Assembly: GCA_964016885.1 (NCBI GenBank)
Contig: OZ024741.1
Coordinates: 159,278,001-159,342,000, forward strand
Direction of reading: 5' to 3'
Length of the DNA: 64,000 nucleotides
Origin: Eledone cirrhosa
Taxonomy: Eukaryota
In this document: positions 51,956 through 63,900 of the stretch, in pieces
How the letters are laid out: the number at the start of each line of letters is the position of its first letter
Numbering within the stretch: the first letter of the stretch is position 1
Notes under the pieces: generated by a model
Seen by the model: only the letters and a program-made list of their open reading frames with translations
Told to the model about the DNA's origin: nothing
Database searches by the model: none
Translations under genes and position numbers: made by a program

Positions 51956-54499
51956 TTGCTTTGCTCGTTGAGTCATTTATTTGCTTACCACTCAGTATAT
52001 CTATCTGAGGCAATTAGAAGTGGCAACGTAGCCAGCGTGCTAGCAACGAGAACGGTCTTGGACCAGTTCTTCGACGCAAAGCACGAGGGCTGCGTTGTCA
52101 GAAGCAAAATACGTGCTCTGGGAAACGAGGGAGCCAAAGCTGTTAGCTGGGCCCGAGTGACGGAGGCAAAAAGTGGCAACAAGTCCACGATTCGGTCTTT
52201 GAAGGACCAAAACGGACGCGTGATACGTGAGCCGAAGCAGATGTGTGCGGCTTTTCAGCGGCACTTTGCTCGGCTGTTCGGGGGGAGCGGCGCGCCGGGA
52301 GAGGCTATGGATTTCGGTCCATACCTCGACGGCCTACCGCGACTCTCGGACAGCGAGGCGAAGTTCTGCGAAAAGCCGATTTCAGCCACTGAGATAGGAG
52401 ACGCGCTGAGCCAATGCGGCAAACGCAAATCTCCAGGTCTCGACGGTCTACCCTACGAATTTTACGTAGCAATGCCGGACTTATTCTCCGGTCTCCTGGA
52501 AGCGGTCTACTGCAACTGGCAACAGAACGGGAGAATTCCCAGTTCTGTAACCGGGGGCGTGGTCACACTAATCAGGAAGGACGAGAATAAGGGGGATGAC
52601 ATAGGCAACTTCCGGCCCATAACTCTGCTAAACACAGAGTTACAGATTTTGGCCAAGGTGTTGGCAAAGAGGCTGGCGCTTGTCGTCGAGAACCTGGTGG
52701 GAGAAGCGCAGACATGCGCGATCCCGACCAGGTCCATACACGACAACCTCCACCTCATGCGATACATCATAGAGAGGGTAGGGTGTAAACCCGGCTTCGG
52801 TGGGGCCCTGATCAACTTGGATCAGTCTAAGGCTTTCGATAGGGTTGACCATCGTTACCTGGATGCGGTGCTCGAGGCGGCAGGCTTCGGACCCGTGTTC
52901 AGGGGCTGGATTGCTGCAATGCACAACAGCAACATCTGCTCAAGGGTCAAGGTGAACGGTTACCTCTCGGAGCCGTTCCATATTACGCGATCCATTCGAC
53001 AGGGATGCCCTCTCTCCTCCCTTCTGTACGTACTGACTCTCGAGCCACTACTGCGGAAGCTGGAGCTATTGCAGGGCATCCCTCTGGAACCGGGACTGCG
53101 GAAAGCGGCGTCGGCCTACGCCGACGACGTGACAGTAATGGTGTCGAGCGCCTCGCAAATCGAGGAAGTCGGCACCTTACTAAAGGAATACGAAAGTCTC
53201 ACAGGAGCGAAGCTGAACCGGGACAAGTCCATCGGTTTGCAACTCGGATCGTGGAGAGGCAGACCGATGCCTTCCGATGGCGTCGTCGGACGCTGGACGG
53301 AAGGACCGGTAAAGCTGCTCGGGGTCTGGTTTGGTCCGGACCTCCAGGTGGAGAAGAACTGGAACGAAGTGACGGCCAAGGTGTTTGCACTCACCCAGAA
53401 GTGGGCCGAGTGCAAACTATCCTTGAAAGGTCGAGCGGAGGTGGCGAACACTTTTATAGCGTCCACCATCTACTACCGCTTGACCGTCGTGCCTTGTCCA
53501 GCCAAAACGCTCGCCAAAATGGAGCGCGCCCTCTTCCGATTCCTTTGGAAGAGGCGGGCTCCTTTGGTAAGAAGATCCATCTGCTGCCAACACCCTTCTA
53601 ACGGAGGGCTGGGGATGCCGTGGTTGACGATGCGCAAACACGCGCTCAGGCTGCGGCATCTCTACGTATTCCTCACCGGACAACCGGTGTGGGCCCCGTT
53701 CGTGAGGCGAGCCTTCCCACGACTCGTCTCGCTGACCGAGCTGCAGTCCTGGGTCAAGCAGAGACCGAGGAAAATGGGCGACTGGCACATCGAATGTGCT
53801 CAGGCGCTCACAGCCCTCTGGCAGGCGGACCCGGCGATCAGTGGAGACTCCACTTCGTCATTCTATAGAGGGTTGGTCCGCAGCAAGTGCGACGACGCGC
53901 TCGGTGAAACTCTAGGCGTGGAGGAAGATGAACTGGCCAGTCTGTTCGGTAGGACCTTCCGCCCGGGACCGATGGACAACTTCCAAAAGTCCCTGGCCTG
54001 GCAGTGCTACCGAGGAGCTCTACCAGTTCGAGACAAGCTCTACAGACATGGGCGCCCGGGCAGGGACCCTGCAAAAAAGATCTGTCCGAGGTGCGTGCGA
54101 GACGAAGAAACCGTCGCGCACGCATTCATACACTGCCCGGGCGTCACTGACCTGTGGGGCTATGTAGAACGACTATTGTCGCGGGTGGGACCAATCCAGT
54201 TGACCACCGAGTCCATTGTCATGATCAAACCGCCACCCTCCTTCAAAAACGAAGGAGAGGCGGTTTTCCTTTGTGTGATAGCTATGGCGAAAGAGGTTGT
54301 ATGGTGGACAAGGTTGAAAGGGCTGAGGTCAGACACCTTTCTCTCCGGCCAACAACTGATTCTTTTTTTCAAATACCACTTTGGAAGAAGAATCAGGATG
54401 GAGAGAGAGGTGCTGTACCCCAGCAAGTTTTATGAAAGGTGGGTGAAAGTGGCGAGAATGGCCCGAGTGAATGGGCCTTCTCTCTATATCAGCCTGTAG
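51956..54499 (+). CDS. Tx1/L1-like ORF2 (RT + C-terminal CCHC/zf-RVT); 5'-truncated, true element sequence begins at about 52007
   Basis: KSPGLDGLPYEFY, NFRPITLLN, LDQSKAFDRVDH, IRQGCPLS, AYADD, GGLG, CPRC..ETVAHAFIHC; no stops over 847 codons. Confidence 0.93.
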   Translation: MLCSLSHLFAYHSVYLSEAIRSGNVASVLATRTVLDQFFDAKHEGCVVRSKIRALGNEGAKAVSWARVTEAKSGNKSTIRSLKDQNGRVIREPKQMCAAFQRHFARLFGGSGAPGEAMDFGPYLDGLPRLSDSEAKFCEKPISATEIGDALSQCGKRKSPGLDGLPYEFYVAMPDLFSGLLEAVYCNWQQNGRIPSSVTGGVVTLIRKDENKGDDIGNFRPITLLNTELQILAKVLAKRLALVVENLVGEAQTCAIPTRSIHDNLHLMRYIIERVGCKPGFGGALINLDQSKAFDRVDHRYLDAVLEAAGFGPVFRGWIAAMHNSNICSRVKVNGYLSEPFHITRSIRQGCPLSSLLYVLTLEPLLRKLELLQGIPLEPGLRKAASAYADDVTVMVSSASQIEEVGTLLKEYESLTGAKLNRDKSIGLQLGSWRGRPMPSDGVVGRWTEGPVKLLGVWFGPDLQVEKNWNEVTAKVFALTQKWAECKLSLKGRAEVANTFIASTIYYRLTVVPCPAKTLAKMERALFRFLWKRRAPLVRRSICCQHPSNGGLGMPWLTMRKHALRLRHLYVFLTGQPVWAPFVRRAFPRLVSLTELQSWVKQRPRKMGDWHIECAQALTALWQADPAISGDSTSSFYRGLVRSKCDDALGETLGVEEDELASLFGRTFRPGPMDNFQKSLAWQCYRGALPVRDKLYRHGRPGRDPAKKICPRCVRDEETVAHAFIHCPGVTDLWGYVERLLSRVGPIQLTTESIVMIKPPPSFKNEGEAVFLCVIAMAKEVVWWTRLKGLRSDTFLSGQQLILFFKYHFGRRIRMEREVLYPSKFYERWVKVARMARVNGPSLYISL

Positions 54500-54738
54500 G
54501 TTGAGGAAAAGGAGGAGGAGAGGAAAGGAGTACAAGCTCTTCGTACTCCTGGAGATGAGGGTTGCACATTTTTTTCGGGGGTCTGTGTTACCCATATAAA
54601 CTGTCTCCCTCTATTGGGGAAAATCGACTAACTTTTAAATTCCATCTGTGATAACATTTTACACGTTTTTATTGTATGTAAACTTCCCCCTTTGTATTTG
54701 TCCCCTTCTTTTGTGCCCCTGTGGCTAATAAAGAAATA

Positions 54739-54788
<50 letters not shown>

Positions 54789-55157
54789 GCTATCTATAGG
54801 ATGGAGAGAGAGGTGCTGTACCCCAGCAAGTTTTATGATAGGTGGTTGAAAGTGGCGAGAATGGCCCGAGTGAATGGGCCTTCTCTCTATATCAACCCGG
54901 AGGTTGAGGAAAAAAAAGGAAGAGAGGAAAGGGGTACAAACTCTTCGTACTCCTGGAGATGAGGGTTGCACATTTTTTCGGGGGTATGTGTTACCCATAT
55001 GAACTATCTTCCCCTATTGGGGAAAATCGACTAATTTTTAAATTGCATTTGTGATAATATTTTACACGTTTTTATTGTATGTAAACTTCCCCCTTTGTAT
55101 TTGTCCCCTTCTTTTGTGCCCCTGTGGCTAATAAAGAAACATATCTATCTATCTATC
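52007..55157 (+). mobile_element. Tx1/L1-like element (52007-54736), (TATC)n tract, and a second 3'-end copy (54798-55140)
   Basis: 3' UTR ends GTGGCTAATAAAGAAA + (TATC)n twice; the second copy matches 54395-54736. Confidence 0.9.
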
Positions 55158-55299
55158 GGTCTGTCTGTATGTCTGTCACACAGGCACTAGCAGAAAAATA
55201 AAAATATAATTAAAATTTAAAAAATAAACGAAAGCCAGAAGTGTAATATTTCTGCTAGTATATAGAAGAAATTTCAGCAGATTCATTGTAGTGTGGACT

Positions 55300-55860
55300 G
55301 AGATTTGGAGAGTTGTGGGTAAAATAAGGGGTGAAATACCGAGTTAATTGGTCAAATGTGGTTAAAATAATAGGTATGTAGCATATTGTGGGTTAAACGT
55401 TGGGTAAAATGCTGAGTAAATGGTGTTGTATGTAAGGGATTGTGGGTGAAATTGGGGTACAAAAATGGTTAGGATAATGGATTGTGAATAATCATGGGTA
55501 AAATAGCGTATCGTGAATAAAATAACGAAATGTGGGTAAAATAGTGAATTGTGGGTAAAATAGGGCGTAAAATAGTGAAATGTGGGTAAAGTTGTGGGTT
55601 ACATTAGGGGTAATATTGTGGGTAAAATAGTAAAATATTGGTAAACCTGTGGGTAAAATAGGGAATTGTGGATAAAATTGCGTGTAAAATGGTGAAATAT
55701 GGGTAAATTGTGGGTAAAATAGTGAAATGTGGATAAAATATTGAACTGCGCGTAAAATCATGGGTAAAATAATGAATCATGGGTAAATTGGTGGGTGAAA
55801 TCATGTATAAAAGTGTAGCTAACATAGAATCGTGGGTAAAACGATGTGTAAAATACGTTC
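55300..55860. repeat. Degenerate ~19-20-bp satellite (TGTGGGTAAAATAGTGAAA)
   Basis: GGGTAAAA core repeated many times. Confidence 0.85.
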
Positions 55861-55939
55861 TTACGCTATGAGTTCTGAATTGGAACTCCGTCATCATTAT
55901 AGGATCGATAAATAAAATATGTCAAACATTGAGGTCAGT

Positions 55940-56036
<97 letters not shown>

Positions 56037-56801
56037 CTCCTCTCTCCCCTTGTCTCTCCTCTTCCCTTTCTTTCGTCTTTTATGTCTGCCTACCAATCTC
56101 TCTCTTTCAGTCTCTCTATCTCTCTCATTTTCTCTCTCCCTCCCTCTCTCTTTCTCTCTCTATCTCCCTTTTCTCTCACTTTGTCTGTCTTTTGTCTGGC
56201 TGTCAGACCATCTTTCTCTTTCCTTTTTTCTTTCTCTCACTTTGTCTATATTTTCTCTCTCTCTCTCTCTCACACACACATACACACACACGATCTCTGT
56301 CTCTGTCTTCCTCTAGGAATCATCTACGTTGCACTATAGGAAGGGTCTTGGAAAGCCACACGCAGAAGAATCGTCCCTTACTCCAGAGTAAATAGAGGGC
56401 TGAAAGAGGAGCTAACAACCTCTTGTCATTGAAAAACTGATATTGTTTAAACCATTTAAGGATGGCCTGGTGTGCAATACAGCAGGTAATGTCAATCAAC
56501 TCTTAATATCCTGTAATGATTTAGCAGAAAGTGAAAATGTGCAGTATTAGAGTAAAGTAGGTAAAGGAACCTAACCCCTGATGGTGTTGTGGGCGCCGTC
56601 CTGACAAACGGCTTATCTTTTAAAACCTGGTGGAGCCTATCCTACTTCAACTCGGAATACAGTTGGTTTCTACAGATATATATACATATTTTTTACTGAT
56701 AAAAAGAAACATAATAGCAACATTATGAATAAAAAGAAATAGAAATATAATAATACAATGCTTACTGAACGAGAGCACAAACGAATAAAATATTGTAAAA
56801 A

Positions 56802-56904
<103 letters not shown>

Positions 56905-57029
56905 AAAAGAGAAGTGAGGTTCTATACAAAACAGTGGGTATAGAGAAAAGATGAAGTTGGAAATAGCACGGGAGATATGTTTAAGGGTCTGTTTTTCTTT
57001 TTTGATTCGTCAAAGTGACATTATGAAAA

Positions 57030-57113
57030 TATAGTGTTATTAAAAAGATAGTGTTATTAAAAAGATAGTGTTATTAAAAAGATAGTGTTATTAAAAAGAT
57101 AGTGTTATTAAAA
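57030..57113. repeat. 17-bp tandem repeat ATAGTGTTATTAAAAAG x5
   Basis: Direct inspection. Confidence 0.92.
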
Positions 57114-57172
57114 AAAGAGGGACAATTCTTTTTTGAAAAATTTTTTTTATGGAGTATATAAAGTGTATGGAA

Positions 57173-57215
57173 AAATTACCGGTTTCGATGTATTAAAATC
57201 CATCTTGTCAAATTC
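57173..57215 (-). ncRNA. Minimal hammerhead, U3-A8 core variant
   Basis: Minus strand: GAAT-TTGACAA-GATG..CATC-GAAA-CCGG-TA-ATTT. Confidence 0.62.
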
Positions 57216-57319
57216 AGTGAAAAAAAGTTAATTAAAAAGGGAGTAAAAAAAAAGGTTTAAAATTAAAATTAAAATCAAAAACGAATGTTTGAGCAAAATT
57301 TCTTCCATATATATATATC

Positions 57320-57352
<33 letters not shown>

Positions 57353-57885
57353 TATATACATACATATATATATATATCTGTTTGTTGAACTAAATAAATT
57401 TCATAGTTGGTTCCTTTACAGAAAAAGAGAGGTAAGAATCGATACCACAGTTGAACTAGTACCATATTTATCGACCTCTAAATGATGAAAAATTATTTTG
57501 ACCACGGCAAGATTTGAACTCAGAGTACAGTGAGCCGAAATAAAGACGCAGGCATTTTTAATCTGGTGCCTTTAGTTTTGTAGTTAGTAGTAATAGGGCA
57601 GTTTTGTATCTTTTAAAAATGACTTGTTTCATATGTTTTGTTAATTCAAATGTTTATAATATATTTACGAGCGGCCAGATTGTAAACATTTGCAGTATTA
57701 AATTAAAACCAAAAATTATAAATGTGATGCCATCACAGAGTGTTATTTTGTACTTTTTAAGAATATGGATAATACAATACATTATGAGATAAGAAAAATT
57801 TGTGTAGATTCATGCAGTTATCTCCCTTAGATCACGTCGCTGAACAATTTGTTTTTGATTTTTTTTTTTTTTGTCGCTTTTAATA

Positions 57886-58031
57886 TAATTGTTTCTACTT
57901 TAGGCACAAGGCCAGCAATTACCCAGTGCATTACTGGTACTTTATTTTATCGACCCCGTAAGGATGAAAGGCAAAGTCAACCTCGGCGGGATTTGAACTC
58001 AGATCGTAAAGGGACGTAACTATGCTGGAAA
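57886..58031 (-). mobile_element. SINE (main family); diverged partial copies nearby at about 57440-57570 and 58045-58130
   Basis: Family core. Confidence 0.88.
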
Positions 58032-58139
58032 TTTAACGATATGAGGGTCGTGGATTGGCAGAATTGATAAACCATCGCATAAAATGTAATTGCGGTATTT
58101 TGTATGGCTCTTTACGTCCTGAGTTCAAATCTTCTTTAT

Positions 58140-58298
58140 ACATTTATTCCAGAGAGGGTCGTGGGGGCAGAATCATCAAACATTCCTTCCAGTGGGTCCT
58201 GTCAGAGCAACCATCTCCAACTGGATCCCTAAGCGAGATCAGTTGGATGTTATCCAACCATCTTGCTCGGGGTCACACCTGGGTCTCCTGCCAGTTGG
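58140..58298 (-). pseudogene. Short RTE (Expander-like) 3' remnant
   Basis: Similar to 32205-32380 in reverse orientation (CCCGAGCAAGATGGTTGGATAACATCC). Confidence 0.65.
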
Positions 58299-58884
58299 TT
58301 TGTGTGCGCGCGCGCAAATATATATAAAACCATAAAACGAATATTTATTATTAAAACTGATTAAAGGTTTAAGCAAACAATTTCTGCTTTCATCTTTCAT
58401 CGGAATCTTCGGAAATTAGATAGTTACATGCATGTATGTATGTATATTTTCCCAGTGCAATCGTTATTTACATTTTACATTTTACATGGCTAAATTTCAA
58501 ATTTTGAAAAGAGAAGAAAACGGACAAATGAATTAAATACATTTCACTACCCCCGCCACCACAATAACGTCTACACCCCTCCCCACCACCACGTTTATAC
58601 TCACACAAGTCAGTACCCTATCTAGACTAAAGTCACTGACCTGCTACTGGGTTTCCTACTCTGTGTTGAATGTGTGTATGTATATATATATATATGTGTG
58701 TAACTGAACAAAAAGGAAAAAGGAAAAAACGAACACAGACATATATATATATGTGTTCAAATCGTAATAGACCAAAATCGCTAAGGTGAAAAAAATACTA
58801 ACTACAGACAATAGGGTTTGCTGGACTCAATTTAAGAACAAATTAAGAAAAATAAATACAAACCAGTATTGTGGTAACTACCAT

Positions 58885-58965
58885 CACCCAGACGGTCTTT
58901 GATATAACCGTTTCGCAATATTATTTGTGAAGAGAAATACAAAATTCCAGGCTCATCAGTGGGTG
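58885..58965 (-). ncRNA. Canonical type I hammerhead ribozyme with a full stem III
   Basis: Minus strand: CACCCA-CTGATGA-GC..GC-GAAA-CGGT tatatcaaag ACCG-TC-TGGGTG; perfect 6-bp stem I; GUC triplet. Confidence 0.88.
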
Positions 58966-59439
58966 TTGAAATTAGTATACTCCTCACTTCTACTTCTAAA
59001 TCAAATAGAAAACTGGAAAGTGTGTGTATATATAAAGCACATGGTTCCCGAACTTAGCGTGTCGCGTAGACTTACGCCACTAAAAATAGCAGCCGGGTCT
59101 ACACGACATTTGAAATAGCACTACGAATTAAAGCCTTTTTCCTAGAGCTAATTTACTATAATGAGACTATTTTGAGTTTCTAACTCAATACAAGCTTTTG
59201 ATATATATATATATATGTATGTGTATATATAATCACTCAGTCAAAACGACCAAATCTCAACCCCAACATCTACAACAACAACAACAACATCATCAGAACA
59301 CCGGCACCAATGTCTACAGCAACAACAGCATCAGAATGAACACCAACACCAATATCTACAACAACATCAAGAGGAACAACACCAACATCTACAACAACTG
59401 CGGCACCAAACGATAAAAAAAAAGCTAAACAACATCAAC

Positions 59440-61060
59440 TGCCACCACCACCATCACCATCACCACCACCATCACCACCACCACCACCATCACCACCACC
59501 ATCACCATCACCACCACCATCACCACCACCACCACCATCACCATCACCACCACCATCACCACCACCACCACCATCACCATCACCACCACCATCACCACCA
59601 CCATCACCACCACCATCACCACCAAAATCACCATCACCACCACCATCACCACCACCACCACCATCACCATCACCACCACCATCACGACCACCATCGCCAC
59701 CACCATCACCATCACCACCACCATCACCACCACCATCACCACCACCATCACCATCACCACCACCATCACCACCACCATCACCATCACCACCACCATCACC
59801 ACCACCATCACCACCACCATCACCACCACCATCACCACCACCATCACCACCACCACCACCACCACCACCACCATCACCACCACCATCACCACCACCATCA
59901 CCACCACCATCACCACCACCATCACCATCACCACCACCATTACCACCACCATCACCATCACCACCACCATCACCACCACCATCACCATCACCACCACCAT
60001 CACCACCACCATCACCACCACCATCACCATCACCACCACCATCACCACCACCATCACCACCACCATCACCATCACCACCACCATCACCACCACCACCACC
60101 ATCACCACCACCATCACCATCACCACCACCATCACCATCACCACCACCATCACCACCACCATCACGACCACCATCACCACCACCATCACCACCACCATCA
60201 CCATCACCACCACCATCACCACCACCATCACCATCACCACCACCATCACCAACACCACCATCACCACCACCATCACCATCACCACCACCATCACCATCAC
60301 CACCACCATCACCACCACCATCACCATCACCACCACCACCATCACCATCACCACCACCATCATCACCACCACCATCACCATCACCATCACCACCACCACC
60401 ATCACCACCACCATCACCATCACCACCACCACCACTATCACCACCACCACCATCACCACCACCACACCACCACCATCACCATCACCATCACCACCACCAC
60501 CATCACCACCACCATCACCATCACCACCACCACCACTATCACCACCACCACCATCACCACCACCACACCACCACCATCACCATCACCATCACCACCACCA
60601 TCATCACCACCACCATCACCATCACCACCACCATCACCATCACCACCACCACCATCACCATCACCACCACCACCATCACCACCACCATCACCATCACCAC
60701 CACTATCACCACCACCACCATCACCACCACCACACCACCACCATCACCATCACCACCACCATCACCATCACCACCACCATCACCATCACCACCACCACCA
60801 TCACCATCACCACCATCACCATCACCACCACCATCACCATCACCACCACCACCATCACCATCACCACCACCACCATCACCACCACCATCACCATCACCAT
60901 CACCACCACCATCACCAACACCACCATCACCACCACCATCACCATCACCACCACCATCACCATCACCACCACCATCACCACCACCATCACCATCACCACC
61001 ACCACCATCACCATCACCACCACCATCACCACCACCACACCACCACCATCACCATCACCA
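59440..61060. repeat. 1.6-kb compound (CAC/CAT)n trinucleotide array
   Basis: Direct inspection; source of the poly-Val/Met ORFs. Confidence 0.97.
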
Positions 61061-61101
61061 CTCAGTCAACGATCGGGCCTTAAGAAAACAACAACAACTA
61101 T

Positions 61102-61252
61102 AATAATTGTTTCTACTTTTGGCACAAGGACAGCAATTGTCACAGTGTATTACTGGTGCTTTGTTGTGTCGACCCCGTGGGAATGAAAGGCAGGGTTGAC
61201 CTCGGCGGGATTTGAACTTGGAACGTAGAGGGCTATAACTCTATGCTGTAAA
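61102..61252 (-). mobile_element. SINE (main family), truncated
   Basis: Family core with several substitutions. Confidence 0.85.
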
Positions 61253-61370
61253 GTAACTAGAATAATACTGAACACACGAACAGCTTCAATCGTACGAACT
61301 CTTTCGAAAATCAACAGTTGACACATCTAGTATGACGGTGATATATATATATTTATATATATATATATAT

Positions 61371-61762
61371 ATTGGTAAACGGAATAGAAAATGCTGACAA
61401 ATTGTTCACAGTTGAAAAATGGTTTAATTAGGAATAAAAGAGTATTAGTGATTGTATGGGTTAGTATTCAGTTGTGGTTTTAAGTTTTTAAGTTTTTACC
61501 GGTTGCGCATTTCTAAATGCTTTTCAAAAATAATTTTGAGATAGAGTGTCCGTGCTGTTTGCTCTGATCTGCAAACAGCACGGACACTCTATCTCAAAAT
61601 TATTTTTGAAAAGCATTTAGAAATGCGCAACCGGTAAAAACTTAAAAACTTAAAACCACAACTGAATACTAACCCATACAATCACTAATACTCTTTTATT
61701 CCTAATTAAACCATTTTTCAACTGTGAACAATTTGTCAGCATTTTCTATTCCGTTTACCAAT
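61371..61762. repeat. Perfect foldback: 192-bp arms, 8-nt spacer (61563-61570)
   Basis: ..CCGTGCTGTTTGC tctgatct GCAAACAGCACGG..; no mismatches seen by eye. Confidence 0.95.
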
Positions 61763-62202
61763 ATATAATAACTTGTGTGTTACACCTCTATTCTTTTAAC
61801 TATATATATATATATATATCACCGTCATTACTGATATATATATATATATCTGTGTGTGTGTGTGTGTGTGCATGAGTGTTTGTGTGTGTGTCGTATGTAT
61901 GAGTGTCACTAAGTGAGTTTTTTTTTATGCGGGGGGACATAGAAATAATCGAGCTGGATACCCGATCGCTGGGAGTGAAGGACCTCTAGCCCTTGTCAGG
62001 GCATTCTTCCAGAAGGCAACTCAGGAAACTGGGTTAACTCCGACATAAAACCTGCGGCTCAGGAGTTACCGATGATGTTGATCTTTTCTTCTTTTCGGGT
62101 TATAGCTACAGTCGCTCAGAGTGGGATTAGCTCAGTGCACAGCCTTTCCTCACTCTAAAACTATTCTTCACGCACAGGCATTGCACGATTGCATTAATTA
62201 AT

Positions 62203-63472
62203 CATTTATTACCGCCTGACCGTCGTACCTTCCCCCCGCCTAACTCTGACCAAAATGGAGCGCCTTCTCTTCCGCTTTTTGTGGAAGGGACGTGCTCCCA
62301 TGGTCAGACGATCCATTTGCTGTCAACACCCGTTGCGTGGAGGACTAGACATGCCGTGGCTGATGATGCGCAAACATGCGCTGAGGCTGCGACATCTCTG
62401 GTGCTTCCTTAACGGTGAACAGGTGTGGTCGCCGTTTGCCAGACGCGCTTTTCCCCAGCTCGTCTCCTTGACAGAGCTGCAGTCCTGGATCAGGAAAAGA
62501 CCGAGGGATAGCGCTTGGAAGCTGGAATGTCTCCAAGCGCTCACCGCCCTCTACCAGCTGGGCACTAGTATTGGTGGAACATCCACTTCGGCGTTCTATA
62601 GAGGGCTAGTGGAGGGAAAGAGCGACGACGTTTTCGGGGAGACCCTGGGCGTCGAAGACGATCAGCTGTTCGCTCTCTTCAAGAGAACTTTCAGACCGGG
62701 GCCTATAGACAACTTCCAGAAATCCCTGGCCTGGCAGTGCTACCACGGAGCGTTGCCGGTTCGGGATAAGCTCTGCAGGCACGGAGGTGCTGTCAGCCGA
62801 GCCTGTCCGAGATGCGCGCAGGGCGACGAAACCGTGCTGCACGCACTCGTTCAGTGCCCGAGATTTGGTGACTTGTAGAGCTATGTCGAACAGTTGCTGT
62901 CGCGTGTAGGACGGATTCGGTTATCGACTGAGTCCACTGTGCAGGTAGCCCCGCCACCCTCCTTTAAAGAGGAGGAAGGGCAGGCAGTTTTCATCTGCCT
63001 GGTGGCCATGGCGAAAGAGATTGTGTGGTGGACAAGGTTGAAAGGGTTGAAGACGGACAGTTTCCTCTTCGGCCAATCCCTGATTAACTTTTTCAAGTTT
63101 CACTTGAAGAGGAAAATCAGGGTGGAGAGGCAAGTGCTGTCTTCTAGTAAGTTTGTAGAAAGGTAGGTGAAATTGGCGAGTCTGGTCCGAGTGAACGGGC
63201 CCGCTCTGAGTATGCGCCTGTAGACTGAGGAGTGAGAAAACTGAGAGAGGGCGCTTGCCCTGGTGGTCAGGGTGGCCGTGGTCTTTTGTGTGGTTTTCGC
63301 CACGAGTTTCCCTCGGAAGTTTCCCCCCTATTGGGGAATTTTTTGTTGTTTGAATTTTTTGATATTTCTATCTTGTTATAACCTTTTATACACGGCCAAA
63401 ACCCACTTTGTATCGTCCTGTGCCGTCTGTAATGTTTTTCTTCATGTTAGCCCTTGTGGCCAATAAAGAAAC
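62203..63472 (+). mobile_element. Tx1/L1-like element, 5'-truncated, diverged subfamily with stops
   Basis: ORFs 62255-62878 and 62894-63166 are homologous to the C-terminus of ORF 51956-54499; TSD CATTAATTAAT at 62192-62202 and 63473-63483. Confidence 0.9.
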
Positions 63473-63489
63473 CATTAATTAATAATTAT

Positions 63490-63900
63490 TAATAGTGTTA
63501 TTATTATTATTATGTTTTGTAAATTTTGAAGGTGCCAGCTATCGCAGCCATTTGTAATCTATGAATTAGGGAACTGCGCTCTTTGTCCACAAATCCGAGT
63601 CCAGTTATACTTTGGTCCACGCGGGTTGGTATATAAACTGTACCTCCAATAATAATGGGTATAAAGCTGAAGGTGTATCTTGGATACTGGATCTGCAAAC
63701 TCCTCATCAATGGTCCGTAGATGTCCTCCCTCTCCTGTATTTTTCTTACAACGTTGACATCAAGTGGGCAGCTGATCTCTACAATAGAGCACGCTTTCAA
63801 TGTGTGGTCCCAAACAACAATATCAGACTGGCTGTGCTTTAATTTGGTGGCAGTTTTTATTTTCAGGTTCCACCAGTATTCCTTAGTGCCGTGTATCTCA
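63490..63900 (-). pseudogene. R4/Dong-like LINE restriction-like endonuclease C-terminus with (TAA)n tail
   Basis: Minus strand: YWWNLKIKTATKLKHSQSDIVVWDHTLKACSIVEISCPLDVNV..YGPL..IPIIIGG..LQMAAIAGTFKI, followed by (TAA)n. Confidence 0.78.

Noticed and set aside
51956-52006. N-terminus of the 847-aa ORF as a true start
   Set aside because: Flanking DNA read in frame by chance; the element is 5'-truncated and lacks its endonuclease domain.
59425-61038. 346-aa and 105-aa Val/Met ORFs
   Set aside because: Arise from the (CAC/CAT)n array.
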